27,510 bases of DNA from a virus (lineage: Duplodnaviria > Caudoviricetes). The stretch covers positions 1 through 27,510 of the IMG/VR virus record IMGVR_UViG_3300046830_000005. The stretch is one strand, 5' to 3'. Position 1 is the stretch's first letter. Every line of letters begins with the position of its first letter. The translations under genes and the position numbers were made by a program. The notes beneath the pieces were generated by a model. It was given only the letters and a program-made list of their open reading frames with translations. It did no database searches and had not been told where the DNA came from. Positions 25,093-27,510 of this stretch are shown here, piece by piece.

Positions 25093-26679
25093 TTACTGTG
25101 GTTGTGGTGGACTACCAGTCACCATTGAGTTCACTGCCTCAATGACTTGTGGATTTTTCTGTGGATCCATTAGAGGAGTGCTTGCTAACTGACCCATTTG
25201 GTTAGTCATGGATTGCATCTGTTGTGCTTGCATTGCTTGTTGTTGCTCTGCATTACGTTCTTCCATGCTCTTAACAAGATTGAGAATGTCAATACCTTGA
25301 GCTGCTGCAAGACGTTTAATAGCCTCATCAGGATTCATGTATTGAGCTAAAGCTTCTGGCCCCATAGTTTGGGCTACAGTAGTAATAAACTGTACGAGAG
25401 CTTCTCTATCTTGTCCTCTACCTAGTGCATTTATACCTGCAACTATAGTAGGTTTGACTAGATTTTTAGGTACGCTAGGTATCTGTTTAGATCTAGTTAA
25501 TGTGTGCATCTTACGATTCAAATATGGTATCAAAAATTCTGTCGTTAACAAGCTGAAGAGGCCGCCAAGCTGTCTTTCTAATTCCATCTGTGTCATACGT
25601 ACTTCTTCTGCAGTAGTTCTTTCTGATTGACGTGGCATGAGAACAAGGAAAGCTTCTGCTAATCTTTTCTCTAACATGTTAATCATTTGATATGCAGTTT
25701 GGAAGTCAGCAGTTTTACCTACTTGGACTACACCTATGTCATCGGGTCTACCTTGTATAATAGCTCCGTTTCCTGCGTTAGCTAATGATGCTGGTTTGGT
25801 TGTACTAGAAGGTGAGACAGTGAATACAACTTTCGCTGCAGCTGCACTACCTTCAACAATAGCTTGCATCAATGCTTCTAAAGATTTTAAATCCCCAAGG
25901 AACTCTTCAACTCTAGAACGTCCGTAGTCTTCTCCATCTACCGTTACAAAACGTAGTGGTAGCCAGGGGGTTTTATCTTTTGGAGCTTTACCAACACTGT
26001 CAGGTAAGATAGTATCGTTAGCTTCTTGATGCCAACGCCAACCAGTATCAGCTAACTTTACACATGTATATACATCTACATCTTTTGTACCTTTATAGTC
26101 ACCTTTAGAGTCATCATTAGGAGAATTAAATTTTTCTAATTCTGGTAATCCTAATAATTTTTTACTGACTCTTTCTTTAGTCACAATCTCGACCACGTTA
26201 CCATTACCATCTCTTTCGATTACGTAACGATTCAATGGATATACTTTCATACCATCTTTTGCCATGTAAAGAAGAGCATTACCTGATACAACAAGATGTT
26301 TTAAGGCAGCAAAAATCTGTACTCTATCTGTAGAGGCAGCTATACTTTCCATTATCATTCGTTCTATCTTTGCAAAGCTTAAATCTAATTCACTCTTTGC
26401 TTCAGCTGGTATCTCTACGCCTAGTTTAGAATCGTCTAGTTGTAGTTTAAAGAAACTGGTAGACGGAGGGAGTAACCCTAGCATGAGCTTTGAACTCAAG
26501 GTGGTAACTCCTTTGGCTCCGACTGATTGCCAAGGTGTTTGAAAGCTTTGATATAAAGCATCACCTTCGTTTCTCATAAGTAATGTTGGAATAGTTAACT
26601 CCGCACATTCGTAAGCGACATTTAAGAATTGTTCACGGTGACTCGATAACTCTTGGTATCGTTGCCGTGCGTTCTTCAT
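25093..26679 (-). CDS. Head-tail connector / portal protein (gp8-like)
   Basis: TPWQSVGAKGV..LSSKLML.LLPP, GEDYGRSRVEEFLGDL.SLE.L, ERTTAEEVR....ELE.QLGG.FSLL..EF and G.NALGRGQD motifs. Confidence 0.97.
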   Translation of the reverse strand: MKNARQRYQELSSHREQFLNVAYECAELTIPTLLMRNEGDALYQSFQTPWQSVGAKGVTTLSSKLMLGLLPPSTSFFKLQLDDSKLGVEIPAEAKSELDLSFAKIERMIMESIAASTDRVQIFAALKHLVVSGNALLYMAKDGMKVYPLNRYVIERDGNGNVVEIVTKERVSKKLLGLPELEKFNSPNDDSKGDYKGTKDVDVYTCVKLADTGWRWHQEANDTILPDSVGKAPKDKTPWLPLRFVTVDGEDYGRSRVEEFLGDLKSLEALMQAIVEGSAAAAKVVFTVSPSSTTKPASLANAGNGAIIQGRPDDIGVVQVGKTADFQTAYQMINMLEKRLAEAFLVLMPRQSERTTAEEVRMTQMELERQLGGLFSLLTTEFLIPYLNRKMHTLTRSKQIPSVPKNLVKPTIVAGINALGRGQDREALVQFITTVAQTMGPEALAQYMNPDEAIKRLAAAQGIDILNLVKSMEERNAEQQQAMQAQQMQSMTNQMGQLASTPLMDPQKNPQVIEAVNSMVTGSPPQPQ

Positions 26680-27014
26680 TAATATGATCCTCCACCGCCA
26701 CCGCTAGAACCAGTGTTAGTACCTTGTGGGGTATTGATACCTGATAATCCACCAGACTCAGGTTTCTTAGTTTGTAATGATGAAGTACCTCGTTGTCCTC
26801 TACCCTTCTCAGGTCTCTTCTTAGCTCTTACCTTTGCCTTTCTCTTTGTCTCGTCCTCTGAAATAGGAGTAGGAGTAGGAGCTTCTGGCATTGTTGTAGG
26901 AGCCTGTTGAATAGGCATTGGGGGTGGAGGAGTGGTTGGGGGTGCGGGTGTTGGTGGTGGTGGGGGAGCTGATCGTCCACCTCCGAAGAGGTTAGCAATA
27001 GGGCCGACACACAT
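26679..27014 (-). CDS. Pro-rich/basic small virion protein (T7 gp6.7/gp7.3-like position)
   Basis: MC start, poly-Pro tract, basic segment and G.SSL...G.N tail; TAATG-coupled to the portal gene. Confidence 0.75.
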   Translation of the reverse strand: MCVGPIANLFGGGRSAPPPPPTPAPPTTPPPPMPIQQAPTTMPEAPTPTPISEDETKRKAKVRAKKRPEKGRGQRGTSSLQTKKPESGGLSGINTPQGTNTGSSGGGGGSY

Positions 27015-27016
27015 AA

Positions 27017-27199
27017 TTATTCTCCTTTAAGTTTTTCTTTTAGTATACGTATGATTGATAGTTGACCAGCTCTATAAGATATTTCTTTCTCTGATAGGGT
27101 GTGGTCTGGAAACTTGTCTGGGAACTGTTCATCTAGTTCATCAACGATGACTTGAATACGTCCCCAATCAAGCGTACTTGGGTAGATTGGTGTTTGCAT
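27017..27199 (-). CDS. Conserved hypothetical podovirus protein (60 aa)
   Basis: MQTPIYPSTLDWGRIQVIVDELDEQFPDKFPD...ISYRAGQLSIIRILKEKL, matching an L...FP...P......I.YRAGQ..(I/V)I..L pattern I recall upstream of portal genes. The start at 27199 is preferred over 27241 because it overlaps less with the upstream gene. Confidence 0.7.
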   Translation of the reverse strand: MQTPIYPSTLDWGRIQVIVDELDEQFPDKFPDHTLSEKEISYRAGQLSIIRILKEKLKGE

Positions 27200-27509
27200 G
27201 TTCAAAAAATGCGGGCATCCTAGCTCGCTTTGTATCGGCAAGCTCTGGGGCTTTACCTTCGTACATTAAACGGTCACTTGAATCCGTCCAAAATTTTCTG
27301 CTTAAATATTTATTAGGTGCTATATCATTTAGTGGTTCAAAGATCCAGTTTATAGTAGCCTTCCTAAGTTTGTCCAAAGAAACGCTAGGACGTAAACCCA
27401 TATCAGCACATACCAAAGAGTTGCAGGCGACATGAATTTGCTCATCTCTGGAAATATCAGCCGATACTGTCCTAAGAGCAGCATCGCCACAAAACCTATT
27501 GAAAGGTAG
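27168..27509 (-). CDS. nrdB: Ferritin-fold di-metal protein, probable class I ribonucleotide reductase beta subunit (5'-truncated by the window)
   Basis: The frame is open to the window edge: LPFNRFCGDAALRTVSADISRDEQIHVACNSLVCADMGLRPS... The I.RDE..H motif is the second ExxH metal-ligand motif of R2/ferritin-like proteins. The position matches the RNR locus of P-SSP7-like phages. Confidence 0.7.
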   Translation of the reverse strand, partial: LPFNRFCGDAALRTVSADISRDEQIHVACNSLVCADMGLRPSVSLDKLRKATINWIFEPLNDIAPNKYLSRKFWTDSSDRLMYEGKAPELADTKRARMPAFFEHANTNLPKYA

Positions 27510-27510
27510 A

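Noticed and set aside
26915-26970. G-rich tract on the plus strand (possible G-quadruplex)
   Set aside because: It is fully explained by poly-proline CCN codons of the minus-strand gene.
1-27510. Repeated T7-type phage RNA polymerase promoters, tRNAs, psbD, integrase
   Set aside because: I could not identify a repeated promoter consensus by eye in the few intergenic gaps, and saw no tRNA cloverleaf, psbD or integrase in this window. A motif search on the whole genome would be needed.

Overview
This AT-rich 27.5-kb window is the late (morphogenesis) region of a T7-like marine cyanopodovirus, similar in organisation to P-SSP7 and probably infecting Prochlorococcus. All credible genes lie on the minus strand. 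In transcription order (right to left) they are: the 3' part of a ferritin-fold/RNR beta-type gene, a small ORF, a Pro-rich gp6.7/7.3-like protein, portal, scaffold, three tiny very basic proteins, a small membrane ORF, hli, a small ORF, psbA, a Downstream-peptide/glutamine-II-type riboswitch with a 17-aa YRG peptide, a highly structured leader, major capsid, a terminator, tail adaptor and nozzle, gp13-gp16 internal virion proteins, two tail-fibre cassettes with accessory proteins, and a cluster of membrane/secreted proteins. The most notable signals are: (1) an ADP-ribosyltransferase-like domain embedded in the gp16 ejection protein; (2) a probable glutamine riboswitch, YRG micropeptide and multi-hairpin leader directly in front of the major capsid gene; (3) a type-1-copper-like His/Cys/His/Met motif at the N-terminus of the second tail fibre. 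Several small genes missed by the ORF track were translated by hand. All family assignments come from recalled motifs and synteny, not database searches.
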